A DNA stretch of 64,000 nucleotides from contig JADJUC010000002.1 in assembly GCA_016710885.1 (NCBI GenBank), positions 181,972 through 245,971 of the forward strand, in the 5' to 3' direction. The notes beneath the pieces are model-generated. The model did no database searches. It was not told the origin of the DNA and worked only from the letters and a program-made list of their open reading frames with translations. Shown here one piece after another: positions 1 to 8,667 of the stretch (the first letter of the stretch is position 1; every line of letters begins with the position of its first letter). A program made the translations under genes and the position numbers. The stretch comes from Candidatus Proximibacter danicus. Lineage in GTDB: Bacteria > Pseudomonadota > Gammaproteobacteria > Burkholderiales > Rhodocyclaceae.

Positions 1-1729
1 CGATCGGCAGCGCGATGTCGCAAAGCAGTTCGCCAGTGTCACGGACGTAGGTGCGCACCAGCACCGGCAAGGTGTTCCTGGCTGCCCGCAACTCACCGGG
101 GTTTTCGAACTTGCGGCAAGTGCGATTGCCGACCAGGTCCGCCGCCTGGTCACCGGTCAGCGGCTTGGAAAATTTGAGGTTGTGCGCCGACAGATAGCCA
201 TCGGTATTCACCGCAACAGCATAGGCGCAGCTCGGCACCTCGCCCAGGCACTTTTCAAGAAGACCCTGACAGCGGCGGGCGTATTCGTCGCCCCAGGTCA
301 CTTTGGACTTCGGCGGCGTGCAATTGCCGAAAGGCACGTAATTGCGATCGAAAACGTCGATCCCGGCGCGCTGCATGTCGGCGAGTTGTGCCTGCACGGC
401 ATCGCGCAACATCCGCGATTTGTCGACCGCCGCATCAAAGGCACCGCTGCCGGTCTTGAAACGCGAAACCAGTTCCTGCACACCTTCCGTCGCTGTCGCC
501 AAGGCATTGGTGCGGTCTTCAGAATCGGCCATGTAGCGGGCCACTTCGCCGGAGAGCGTGTGAATCTGCGAGACATTTTCATGCACCTGGCCGTTGGTCG
601 ACGACAGTTCCTCCATGGCGCTGGCGATGTGCAGCAGTTGTTCGCCGGTACGTTCAAAATCGACGACCATCTGCTCGAAATGCGTGGCCGAGCGGCCAAC
701 GACTTCGCGTGTCTGTTGCACGTCGGCGTTGATCTCCTCGTTTTCGCTGCGCGTATTGCTCACCAGCGAAAGCATCTTGTCGATGTTGCCGGTGATCTCG
801 GCCGACGCCACCGTAACGCGCTCAGCCAGCTTTCGTACCTCGTCGGCCACCACGGCAAAGCCACGCCCGGCTTCGCCGGCCCGCGCAGCTTCGATGGCCG
901 CATTCAGCGCCAGCAGGTTGGTCTGGTCAGCCACTTCACGAATCAGGGCCGCAATCTGGTTGATCGAGGCGGAACGCTTCGAGAGGTCGTCCACCGTCTG
1001 GTTGAAACGCAGCACCTTTTCGCCGACGACATTGATCTTGCTCGAAATCTCCTGCATTTCACGCAAGGATATGCGGGCACCGTCGAGGTTGGTGTTGGTC
1101 GAATCCGAAATCACTTGCGTGCTGCGCGAAACCTCGTCGATGGCCTGCGTTGCCTCGGTGCTGGCCGTGAACACGAGCTCGGTCATCTGCCCCTGCTGAC
1201 GCGCACTCTTGCCGGTTTCATCGACGCGCACTTTGACCTGCACGGCCTCACGGGCGATCTCGATGCTGGCCTTGCGGATATCGCTGATGATTCGCCGCAT
1301 CTTCTCGGCGAAGCGGTTGTAACTCTCGGCCAGTTCGCGGAACTCATCGTGCGAAATGGGTTTCAGGTCACGCGAAAAATCACCCGCGCCTTCGGCGATT
1401 TCGTTGAAGGTGGTAATCACCGAGCGTACCGGTTTGAGAATCAGAGAACGCAGGTAAAGCACCTGCCCGACGCTCCACACCAGTGCCAGCAAGGTCAGCA
1501 CGATCACCACCAGCAGACCGCTTTCGAGCGAGGCATTGATGCGGGCAGCTACGTCCGGCGCCACCTGCCCGCTGACGAGTTGCGCGGCAACAAATGACTT
1601 CTGGTCGAGATAGACGTAGAGGTAGCCAAGGTTGATGACATAGAGCAAGAGAAAACTGGACAGTTTCTTGCTCAGTGAATTCCAGAACGTTCGCTCGTTC
1701 CAGTCGTATAACTCACGAAATGTTCCCAT
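1..1729 (-). CDS. methyl-accepting chemotaxis protein, C-terminus cut by window edge
   Basis: Manual minus-strand translation from ATG 1729-1727 (GGAGG 6 nt upstream) gives [15 protein letters not shown]... It has two N-terminal hydrophobic helices, a HAMP-like linker and the MCP hairpin motif [36 protein letters not shown]. The frame runs to coordinate 1 without a stop, so it is absent from the ORF track; 182..1597 + is its antisense shadow. Confidence 0.9.
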   Translation of the reverse strand, partial: MGTFRELYDWNERTFWNSLSKKLSSFLLLYVINLGYLYVYLDQKSFVAAQLVSGQVAPDVAARINASLESGLLVVIVLTLLALVWSVGQVLYLRSLILKPVRSVITTFNEIAEGAGDFSRDLKPISHDEFRELAESYNRFAEKMRRIISDIRKASIEIAREAVQVKVRVDETGKSARQQGQMTELVFTASTEATQAIDEVSRSTQVISDSTNTNLDGARISLREMQEISSKINVVGEKVLRFNQTVDDLSKRSASINQIAALIREVADQTNLLALNAAIEAARAGEAGRGFAVVADEVRKLAERVTVASAEITGNIDKMLSLVSNTRSENEEINADVQQTREVVGRSATHFEQMVVDFERTGEQLLHIASAMEELSSTNGQVHENVSQIHTLSGEVARYMADSEDRTNALATATEGVQELVSRFKTGSGAFDAAVDKSRMLRDAVQAQLADMQRAGIDVFDRNYVPFGNCTPPKSKVTWGDEYARRCQGLLEKCLGEVPSCAYAVAVNTDGYLSAHNLKFSKPLTGDQAADLVGNRTCRKFENPGELRAARNTLPVLVRTYVRDTGELLCDIALPI

Positions 1730-1767
1730 CGCGCGCCTCCTCAATGCTTGTTGTTATTCGGTTGATA

Positions 1768-4700
1768 TTAGGCAGCTTTTCCGCTCATCTCAAGCAGCAA
1801 ATCCTTGGCGTTGACTTGATCTCCAGGTTTGACATGCACCGCGTGGACCACCGCATCGCGCTCGGCGGTGAGCATGGTTTCCATCTTCATCGCCTCGATC
1901 GATAGCAGCGGATCGCCCTTCTTCACCTTCTGCCCGGCCTTGACCGCCACGGTGACCACCGCCCCCGGCATCGGTGCGCCGACGTGGGCGGCGTTGCCCT
2001 CCTCCGCCTTCGGCCGCGAACGGCCACTGCCGGCCAGACCGGCCTTGGGCACGCGCACCGTGCGCGGCTGGCCGTTGAGTTCGAAGAAAACCTTGACCTT
2101 GCCTTCCTCATCGACCGTATCGGAACGCCCGGTCTGGCGGATGATCAAGGTCTTGCCCTTGTCGATGTCGACGCCGATCTCCTCGCGGTCACGCAGGCCG
2201 TAGAAGAACGGCGAAGTCGGCAGCAGCGAGACGTCGCTGTAGAGTCGGCGGTGTTCGGCGTAGTCGCGGAAGACCTTCGGGTACATCAGGTACGAGGCGA
2301 GGTCGGTATCGTTCACGTGACGGCCAATGACCGCGGCGGCCTCGGCACGCTTGGCCTCGAGGTCGACTTCCGGCAGGAAATCGCCGGCACGGCCGGCCAG
2401 CGGCTTTTCGCCCTTGAGCACCTTCTTTTCCAGATCTTTCGGGAAACCATCGGCCGGGAAGCCGAGCTCGCCCTTGAACAGCGAGATCACCGACTCCGGG
2501 AAGGCGACCTCGCGCTGCGGGTCGCTCACCTCGGCCGGTTTCAGGTCGTTGGCGACCATGAACAGCGCCATGTCGCCAACCACCTTGGAGGTCGGCGTGA
2601 CCTTGACGATGTCGCCGAACAGGATGTTGACCTCGGCATAGGCGCGCGACACTTCCGGCCAGCGGTGCTCCAGGCCCATCGCCCGGGCCTGCTCGCGCAG
2701 GTTGGTGTATTGGCCGCCGGGCATTTCGTGGTTGTAGACGTCTGAGGTACCGGAGCGGATGTCGGCCTCGAACGGTGCGTAGTAGCGGCGCACGCCTTCC
2801 CAGTAATGCGACAGCGCTTCCAGCGCCGGCAGGTCAACGCCGGGGTCGCGCTCGGAGCCCTGCAGCGCGGCGGCGATCGAGCCGAGGTTGGGCTGCGAGG
2901 TGAGCCCGCTCATCGCGTCGAGCGCACCATCCACCGCATCGCAACCAGCTTCGACCGCAGCCAGCACCGAGGCGGCGGCGATGCCGCTGGTGTCGTGGGT
3001 GTGGAAGTGCAGCGGCAGGCCGACTTCCTCCTTCAGCGCCCGGACCAGCTCGCGCGCGGCGCGCGGCTTGCAGACGCCGGCCATGTCCTTGATGCCGATG
3101 ATGTGCGCACCAGCCTTCTCCAGCTGCTTGGCGAGGTCGACGTAGTACTTCAGGTTGTACTTCGGCCGCGCCGCGTCGAACAGGTCGCCGGTGTAGCAGA
3201 TGGTGCCTTCGCACAGCGCGCCGGTGTCGATCACTGCATCCATCGCCACGCGCATGTTGTCGACCCAGTTCAGCGAATCGAAGACGCGGAAGATGTCGAC
3301 ACCTTCCTTCGCCGCCTGCTGCACAAAGTAGCGTACGACGTTGTCGCTGTAGTTGGTGTAGCCGACGGCGTTCGAAGCGCGCAGCAGCATCTGGAAGAGC
3401 ACGTTCGGCACCGCCGCGCGCAGGCGGGCCAGGCGCTCCCACGGGTCTTCCTTGAGGAAGCGCATGGCCACGTCGAAGGTGGCGCCGCCCCAGCATTCCA
3501 TCGAAAAGAGCTGCGGCGCCATGCGTGCGTAATAGGGGGCGATAGCCAGCATGTCGTGGCTGCGCATGCGCGTGGCGAACAGCGACTGGTGCGCGTCGCG
3601 CATGGTGGTGTCGGTCAGCAGCACCTGCGGCTGCTGCTTCATCCACTGCGAGAACTTCGTCGCGCCCAGCTCCTTCAGACGGTCGCGCGTGCCCGGCGGG
3701 ATAGTCGCGGCGAGGCTGAAGTCCGGCTTGATCGGCCTTGCGAACGGCAGTTCCGGCAGCTTGCGCCCCTTCATTTCCGGGTTGCCGTTGACCGCCACCT
3801 CGCCGAGGAACTTGAGCAGGCGGGTGGCCCGGTCGCGCCGCTTCTGGAACTGGAACAGCTCCGGCGTATCGTCGATGAAGCGGGTGATGCACTCGCCCGA
3901 GCGGAACTGCGGGTGGGCGATGACGTTTTCGAGGAACTGCAGATTGGTGGCCAGCCCGCGCACGCGGAATTCGCGCAGGGCGCGGTCCATGCGTGCGGCG
4001 GCCTCGTCGGCGGTGTGGCCCCAGGCGGTCACCTTGACCAGCAGCGAGTCGTAATACGGCGTGATCACCGCGCCGGAGTAGGCCGTGCCGCCGTCCAGGC
4101 GCAGCCCGAAGCCGGCCGCGCTGCGGTAGGCGGCGATCTTGCCGTAGTCCGGCGTAAAGGCGTTTTCCGGGTCTTCGGTGGTGACACGACATTGCAGCGC
4201 GTGGCCCTTCAGCGCGATTTCGCGTTGCAGCGGCACGTAGGAATCCTCGTCGCCAATGCTGGCGCCTTCGGTGATGCGGATCTGCGCCTTGACGATGTCG
4301 ACGCCGGTAACCTGCTCAGTGACCGTGTGCTCAACCTGGATGCGCGGGTTCACCTCGATGAAGTAGAACTTGCCGGTGTCGGCATCCATCAGGAATTCGA
4401 CGGTGCCGGCATGCGTGTAGTTGGCGGCCGCGGCCAGCTTCAGCGCCGAGGCGCACAGTTCGGCGCGGGTGGCGTCGTCCAGATACGGCGCCGGCGCGCG
4501 CTCGACCACCTTCTGGTTGCGGCGCTGCACCGAGCAGTCGCGCTCGAACAGATGTACGCGCTGGCCATGCGTGTCGCCCAGCACCTGCACCTCGACGTGG
4601 CGGGCGCGGCGCACCAGCTTTTCCAGATAGACCTCGTCGTTGCCGAAGGCCGCCAGCGCCTCGCGCTTGGCCACTTCCATCAGCGGGCCGAGATCGGCCT

Positions 4701-5229
4701 CGGTCTCGATCACGCGCATGCCGCGGCCACCGCCGCCCCAGCTGGCCTTCAGCATCAGCGGGTAGCCGACCTCCAAGGCCAGCTTCTTCGCCCCGGCCAG
4801 ATCGTTTGGCAGTGCGCCGGTCGCCGGCACCACCGGCACCCCGGCGCTTTGCGCCAGCTCGCGCGCCGAGACCTTGTTGCCGAGCATGCGCATCACGTCG
4901 CCTTTCGGCCCGATGAAGGCGATGCCGTTGGCGGCGCAGGCATCGGCAAAATCCGGGTTCTCGGACAGGAAGCCATAGCCCGGGTGGATCGCATCGACGC
5001 CGGCTTCCTTGGCGACGCGGATGATGTCATCGATATCCAGGTAGGCCTGAATCGGCTTCTTGCCGGCACCGACCAGATACGACTCGTCAGCCTTGAAGCG
5101 ATGCAGCGCGAAACGGTCTTCATTGGAGAAGATGGCCACCGTGCGAATGCCCATCTCGGAAGCGGCACGCAGCACGCGGATGGCGATTTCGGAACGGTTG
5201 GCGACGAGGAGGCTGCGGATCTTCTTCAT
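1768..5229 (-). CDS. pyc: pyruvate carboxylase (single-chain, biotin-dependent)
   Basis: Long ORF with a biotin carboxylase ATP-grasp N-terminus, carboxyltransferase motif LHFHTHDTSG and biotinylation motif EAMKME near the C-terminus. Start moved to MKKIRSLLVANRSEIAIR (ATG 5229-5227) rather than the track start at 5304. Confidence 0.95.
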   Translation of the reverse strand: MKKIRSLLVANRSEIAIRVLRAASEMGIRTVAIFSNEDRFALHRFKADESYLVGAGKKPIQAYLDIDDIIRVAKEAGVDAIHPGYGFLSENPDFADACAANGIAFIGPKGDVMRMLGNKVSARELAQSAGVPVVPATGALPNDLAGAKKLALEVGYPLMLKASWGGGGRGMRVIETEADLGPLMEVAKREALAAFGNDEVYLEKLVRRARHVEVQVLGDTHGQRVHLFERDCSVQRRNQKVVERAPAPYLDDATRAELCASALKLAAAANYTHAGTVEFLMDADTGKFYFIEVNPRIQVEHTVTEQVTGVDIVKAQIRITEGASIGDEDSYVPLQREIALKGHALQCRVTTEDPENAFTPDYGKIAAYRSAAGFGLRLDGGTAYSGAVITPYYDSLLVKVTAWGHTADEAAARMDRALREFRVRGLATNLQFLENVIAHPQFRSGECITRFIDDTPELFQFQKRRDRATRLLKFLGEVAVNGNPEMKGRKLPELPFARPIKPDFSLAATIPPGTRDRLKELGATKFSQWMKQQPQVLLTDTTMRDAHQSLFATRMRSHDMLAIAPYYARMAPQLFSMECWGGATFDVAMRFLKEDPWERLARLRAAVPNVLFQMLLRASNAVGYTNYSDNVVRYFVQQAAKEGVDIFRVFDSLNWVDNMRVAMDAVIDTGALCEGTICYTGDLFDAARPKYNLKYYVDLAKQLEKAGAHIIGIKDMAGVCKPRAARELVRALKEEVGLPLHFHTHDTSGIAAASVLAAVEAGCDAVDGALDAMSGLTSQPNLGSIAAALQGSERDPGVDLPALEALSHYWEGVRRYYAPFEADIRSGTSDVYNHEMPGGQYTNLREQARAMGLEHRWPEVSRAYAEVNILFGDIVKVTPTSKVVGDMALFMVANDLKPAEVSDPQREVAFPESVISLFKGELGFPADGFPKDLEKKVLKGEKPLAGRAGDFLPEVDLEAKRAEAAAVIGRHVNDTDLASYLMYPKVFRDYAEHRRLYSDVSLLPTSPFFYGLRDREEIGVDIDKGKTLIIRQTGRSDTVDEEGKVKVFFELNGQPRTVRVPKAGLAGSGRSRPKAEEGNAAHVGAPMPGAVVTVAVKAGQKVKKGDPLLSIEAMKMETMLTAERDAVVHAVHVKPGDQVNAKDLLLEMSGKAA

Positions 5230-5397
5230 GGTAGTCGGCTCGGAAAAGACAGAATTTGCAGAATTTGAAATTGTAAGGTTGCCAGACAAGTATAAAAATC
5301 GCAATGTTTTCGCTGCGCAAAATCCTGCTCAAGCGCCATTGGGGCGCGCCATAATTCAAAATCCTTGGAATTCCCCAACCACCCTGCGGAGAACATC

Positions 5398-5718
5398 ATG
5401 CAAATGACCACCACCCCCAGCATCGAAGGCAAGCGCATCACCCGCTACTGCGGCGTCATCGCCGGCGAGGCGATCCTCGGTGCCAACATCTTCAAGGATC
5501 TGTTCGCCGGCATCCGCGACCTGGTCGGCGGCCGTTCCGGCACCTACGAGAAGGAACTGCAGCGCGCCCGCGACATCGCCATGGAAGAGCTGGAACAGCG
5601 CGCCAAGGATCTCGGCGCCAATGCCATCGTCGGTATCGACCTCGACTACGAGGTGCTCGGCGAGAAGAATGGCATGCTGATGGTCTCGGCCAGCGGCACG
5701 GCGGTAGTTGTCGAGTAG
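5398..5718 (+). CDS. YbjQ/UPF0145 family protein
   Basis: [51 protein letters not shown]... is typical of the YbjQ family. ATG at 5398 follows GGAGAA. Confidence 0.85.
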   Translation: MQMTTTPSIEGKRITRYCGVIAGEAILGANIFKDLFAGIRDLVGGRSGTYEKELQRARDIAMEELEQRAKDLGANAIVGIDLDYEVLGEKNGMLMVSASGTAVVVE

Positions 5719-5811
5719 CTACGTTCGCCGGTCACCGTCGTGACCAACAGCGGGAGCCATACTGAACTTGCCCATTTGGACATTTCGTAATTTCACTGGA
5801 GGCAAAAAATT

Positions 5812-6063
5812 CTGACGATCTCCGCCACCGACGCCAAGCAGGCTTTTGCCACGGTGCTGGAAAGTGCCGCCCGCGAACCCGTGCTGATCCAGAAACAAAA
5901 ACGCGATGTTGCTGTGGTGCTTTCAATCGCAGACTACGAGCGGCTGACACGCATGAACGTACAGGCCTTCCAGCGCTTTTGCGATCAAGTAGTCGCCAGG
6001 GCAGAAGAACGCGGACTGACCGAGGAAAAACTGGCTGAACTGCTCAACGACGAAGATGCGTGA
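5812..6063 (+). CDS. Phd/YefM-type antitoxin, probable non-ATG start
   Basis: The frame is open from the stop at 5788. With CTG 5812 as the start, the first residues are (M/L)TISATDAKQAFATVLESAAREPVLIQKQKRDVAVVLSIADYERL, matching the usual antitoxin N-terminus. TGGAGG lies at 5797-5802, and the only in-frame candidate starts after it are ATT 5809, CTG 5812 and GTG 5854. The 3' end overlaps the PIN remnant. Confidence 0.6.
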   Translation: MTISATDAKQAFATVLESAAREPVLIQKQKRDVAVVLSIADYERLTRMNVQAFQRFCDQVVARAEERGLTEEKLAELLNDEDA

Positions 6064-6358
6064 CCTGTGTCTTGTCGTCGACACCGATGTCCTAGTCAGT
6101 CGGCTGCTATCACCACACCCCCTTGCCGCGCGCGCAGTTGATCTGGCGATTGGTGAAGGGCGCCTGCAGGTATCCGAAGCCACGCTGTCCGAACTCGCGC
6201 TCGGCCTGGCACGCCCCGAAGGACGACATATTTCTCGATGTCGCCATCAACGCCAAGCCAGCGCCATCATCACTGGCGATGCAGACCTGCTGGCGCTGGA
6301 CCCGTTTATGGAAATCCGTATCGTGGCGGCGGCGATATGGGTGGATAGGCCTTTTTAG
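6056..6358 (+). pseudogene. PIN-domain toxin remnant (internal deletion plus frameshift)
   Basis: The N-terminus LVVDTDVLVSRLL and C-terminus ASAIITGDADLLALDPF are PIN-like. The conserved PKDDIFLDVAINAK segment is readable only in another frame (ORF 6123..6452), and the central ~50 residues seen in the intact paralog at 7655..8071 are missing. Confidence 0.6.
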
Positions 6359-6539
6359 GCTGGGGAAAATTATTGGGTGCCAGAAACCAAGCCAAGCAGT
6401 GGCCTGCCCGGTGATTTCCTTGAGTCCGAATGACTCGGCGTTTGCCATTTGAAAATTGATATGCGCGATAGGTGGATCCGAGACCGCATGCGATAATGAC
6501 ATCGGTTTTATACAATGCATCTATCCGGAATACCTTGGC

Positions 6540-7364
6540 GTGAAAAAAATTATTGCATTCGCACTCGCTGGAATATCTGTCACATCGATTTCTTACGCCG
6601 AAAACCGGCTCTTCCCTACTGACATCCTGAACGCAGGCGAATTCGATGCCAACGCTTCCGTCGAGTTTCAGTCCCTATCTTACGATGTCAGATTTGCCGG
6701 CAACCCCGGCTCTCGTTCAGTGGATATTTCCCGCGAATCAGTCGGCGCGCGCTATGGTTTGGGTGCCAACTGGCATATCGGAGCCTCGATTAACTACGAT
6801 TCACGACACGTTGTCCGCACAGATTTCAGCGCTCCGCCGGCACACTTTGTTAACCGGGATTCAGAAGGGACGAACAATCCGTACCTTTGGGCAAGCTACG
6901 GATTCATCAATGACAAAGCCAATCCGCTCTCGTTAAGTGGCCAGTTGTTTGTTGCCCCGAATACGACACATGCGCCAAGCACTTATGGCGGGAAGCTTGC
7001 CGCAGGCTGGGTAAGCAGTAAAACATTAAGGTTCTTCGGCGTTTACGCCAAGGAAATCGCTAGCGATTCCGGCGTTGCGGACAAGGACAGTATTTCCATT
7101 GGAGCCTACAAGGACATTTCGAGCACCATTACCCTAGTGCCTTCTGCAAGGTATCAGCGGTTTAGCTCGACGGACACCTTCTCTTCGGTCAAACAACTCT
7201 CCGTGAGCCTTGCTGCGCACGTTCAGGTTTCCGGCAACACATACCTGATCCCATCGATCACCAATTACAGGAATTCCTCCGGGCACAGCAAGGATGGCCT
7301 GTTCCAGATGGATTCAACCGGGAACGGCACCGCTGTACAGCTCAGTTTGTATCATTTGTTCTGA
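6540..7364 (+). CDS. outer-membrane beta-barrel protein, family unknown
   Basis: GTG 6540 gives the signal peptide VKKIIAFALAGISVTSISYA. The body has alternating amphipathic strands rich in G/S/Y and ends with the terminal aromatic ...LSLYHLF. It lies in a lower-GC stretch. Confidence 0.6.
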   Translation: MKKIIAFALAGISVTSISYAENRLFPTDILNAGEFDANASVEFQSLSYDVRFAGNPGSRSVDISRESVGARYGLGANWHIGASINYDSRHVVRTDFSAPPAHFVNRDSEGTNNPYLWASYGFINDKANPLSLSGQLFVAPNTTHAPSTYGGKLAAGWVSSKTLRFFGVYAKEIASDSGVADKDSISIGAYKDISSTITLVPSARYQRFSSTDTFSSVKQLSVSLAAHVQVSGNTYLIPSITNYRNSSGHSKDGLFQMDSTGNGTAVQLSLYHLF

Positions 7365-7496
7365 CAAGACCCCGATCATGGCAAGCCGGCCCCGGCGGCC
7401 GGACAAGCGGACACCCCACCCGGATATATCCTGTGCCTGCCAGACTCGCTAAGCAGGGCTAGCGCAGGAATACCCCTGCGACGCAGAGCAAATACG

Positions 7497-7527
7497 GGAT
7501 TAAAGGTTCCAGGCTCGCATTAAAATC
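7497..7527. repeat. imperfect direct repeat, copy A, flanking the PIN-RHH cassette
   Basis: GGATTAAAGGTTCCAGGCTCGCATTAAAATC. By manual alignment 24 of 31 positions are identical to copy B at 8341..8371. Each copy carries ATTAAA twice. Confidence 0.5.
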
Positions 7528-7553
7528 TGCCCGCCGATTTGGCGGGCATTTTT
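7528..7553 (+). terminator. rho-independent terminator-like hairpin
   Basis: TGCCCGCC-GATTT-GGCGGGCA followed by TTTTT. Confidence 0.6.
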
Positions 7554-7654
7554 ACGCCTGTCTCTTGGCCGGGGGTGGAAACAATAGGGGATGCGATTTC
7601 CCCGGCCAATCGGATCGATTTGACAGATATCTTGGTATTAAATACGATACCAAA

Positions 7655-8071
7655 ATGATTCCGGGCATTGTCCTCGATACGAATGTGCTGGTGAGCGCCC
7701 TCAAGTCTCAACAGGGGGCTTCTTTTCGCCTGCTGTCACAGGTGGGCAATGGGCAATTTCAGCTTCACTTATCGGTGCCGCTTGTCGTCGAGTACGAAGC
7801 CGTGTTGAAGCGTGGAGGATTTGCGCTGTCCGACGCGCAGATTGACGATGTGATCGACTATCTGTGTGCGCAGGCGATCCATCACAAGATTTTTTATTTG
7901 TGGCGCCCGAAGCTGAAGGACCCGGATGACGATTTTGTCCTTGAATTGTCGGTGAAAGCGCGGGCGGCCATTGTGACGTGGAACGTCGGCGATTTCCGGA
8001 ACGCCCGGAATCTGGGGGTGTCTGTAGTGACACCGCGTGAATTTCTTACCTCAATGGAGGGGCGATCATGA
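7655..8071 (+). CDS. PIN-domain toxin (intact)
   Basis: MIPGIVLDTNVLVSALKSQQG...LKDPDDDFVLELSVKARAAIVTWNVGDF has the acidic PIN signature residues. ATG at 7655, and a 4-nt overlap (ATGA) with the downstream RHH gene. Confidence 0.8.
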   Translation: MIPGIVLDTNVLVSALKSQQGASFRLLSQVGNGQFQLHLSVPLVVEYEAVLKRGGFALSDAQIDDVIDYLCAQAIHHKIFYLWRPKLKDPDDDFVLELSVKARAAIVTWNVGDFRNARNLGVSVVTPREFLTSMEGRS

Positions 8072-8301
8072 GCACGATCAGCGTACGTTTGCCCGATTCG
8101 CTGCACAACATGGTGCGTGAGGTTGCGCAGCAGGATCATGTATCCATCAACCAGTTCGTGGCCTCGGCGGTGGCCGAAAAAATTTCGGCGCTGGCAACCG
8201 AGCAGTATCTTGGCGAGCGCGCTCAACGTGCGAGCGACGTCAAGTTCCGTTCGGCGCTGGCGGCAGTGCCAGATGTGGCGCCGGAACCTTTCGATCAGTG
8301 A
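8068..8301 (+). CDS. ribbon-helix-helix (CopG/HicB-like) antitoxin
   Basis: MSTISVRLPDSLHNMVREVAQQDHVSINQFVASAVAEKI is a typical RHH N-terminus. It is translationally coupled downstream of the PIN gene, i.e. in reversed TA order. Confidence 0.7.
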   Translation: MSTISVRLPDSLHNMVREVAQQDHVSINQFVASAVAEKISALATEQYLGERAQRASDVKFRSALAAVPDVAPEPFDQ

Positions 8302-8340
8302 AGGAACAGGGGGCGGGCAACGATTGCCAGCCTACCCTGC

Positions 8341-8371
8341 GAATTAAAGACTCCAGGTTCGAATTAAATTG
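8341..8371. repeat. imperfect direct repeat, copy B, flanking the PIN-RHH cassette
   Basis: GAATTAAAGACTCCAGGTTCGAATTAAATTG, the partner of 7497..7527. Confidence 0.5.
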
Positions 8372-8667
8372 CAGCTTACCAACACCAACTGTTTCGACTA
8401 CCAGCAGATGAACGAGCTGCTCGACCCGGCCAACCATCCGCCCGAAGGCAGCCTTGTCGATGCCGGCACCTTCCACACCTTCGTGAACAACTGATCCAGC
8501 TGACCCGAACGCCATAACGCGAAAAACGGCGAAAAAACCCCTGCCAACCTCCGCCAAACCCTTGCCAAAGCTGCAGTTTGCAACGCTGCCAAGGATGCAA
8601 GTTAAGCGTATACTTTTGCACTTTCCCGGCTGTTAGCTGCTGACGCCCATAAGGCACAAAAACATCA

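Noticed and set aside
182-1597. 471-aa plus-strand ORF
   Set aside because: It is the antisense shadow of the minus-strand MCP. Its Arg/Gly/His-rich composition carries no motifs, while the opposite strand has the canonical MCP signalling motif.
2806-5268. 820-aa plus-strand ORF and other long ORFs inside pyc
   Set aside because: These are high-GC antisense or out-of-frame shadows of pyruvate carboxylase.
7497-8371. Integron attC sites or a tRNA-derived att site as the identity of the flanking repeats
   Set aside because: The window contains no intI, no GTTRRRY core sites, no imperfect-palindrome attC structure and no integrase. The GGTTCGAAT similarity to a T-loop occurs in one copy only.
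8369-8494. Possible 41-codon ORF (TTG start; ...NCFDYQQMNELLDPANHPPEGSLVDAGTFHTFVNN) upstream of the ABC transporter, considered as a small peptide or RiPP-like precursor or a gene remnant
   Set aside because: It has no convincing RBS, a non-ATG start inside repeat copy B and no recognisable family. The sequence upstream of repeat copy A is full of stops, so it is not the tail of a gene split by the cassette. I cannot support it without conservation data.
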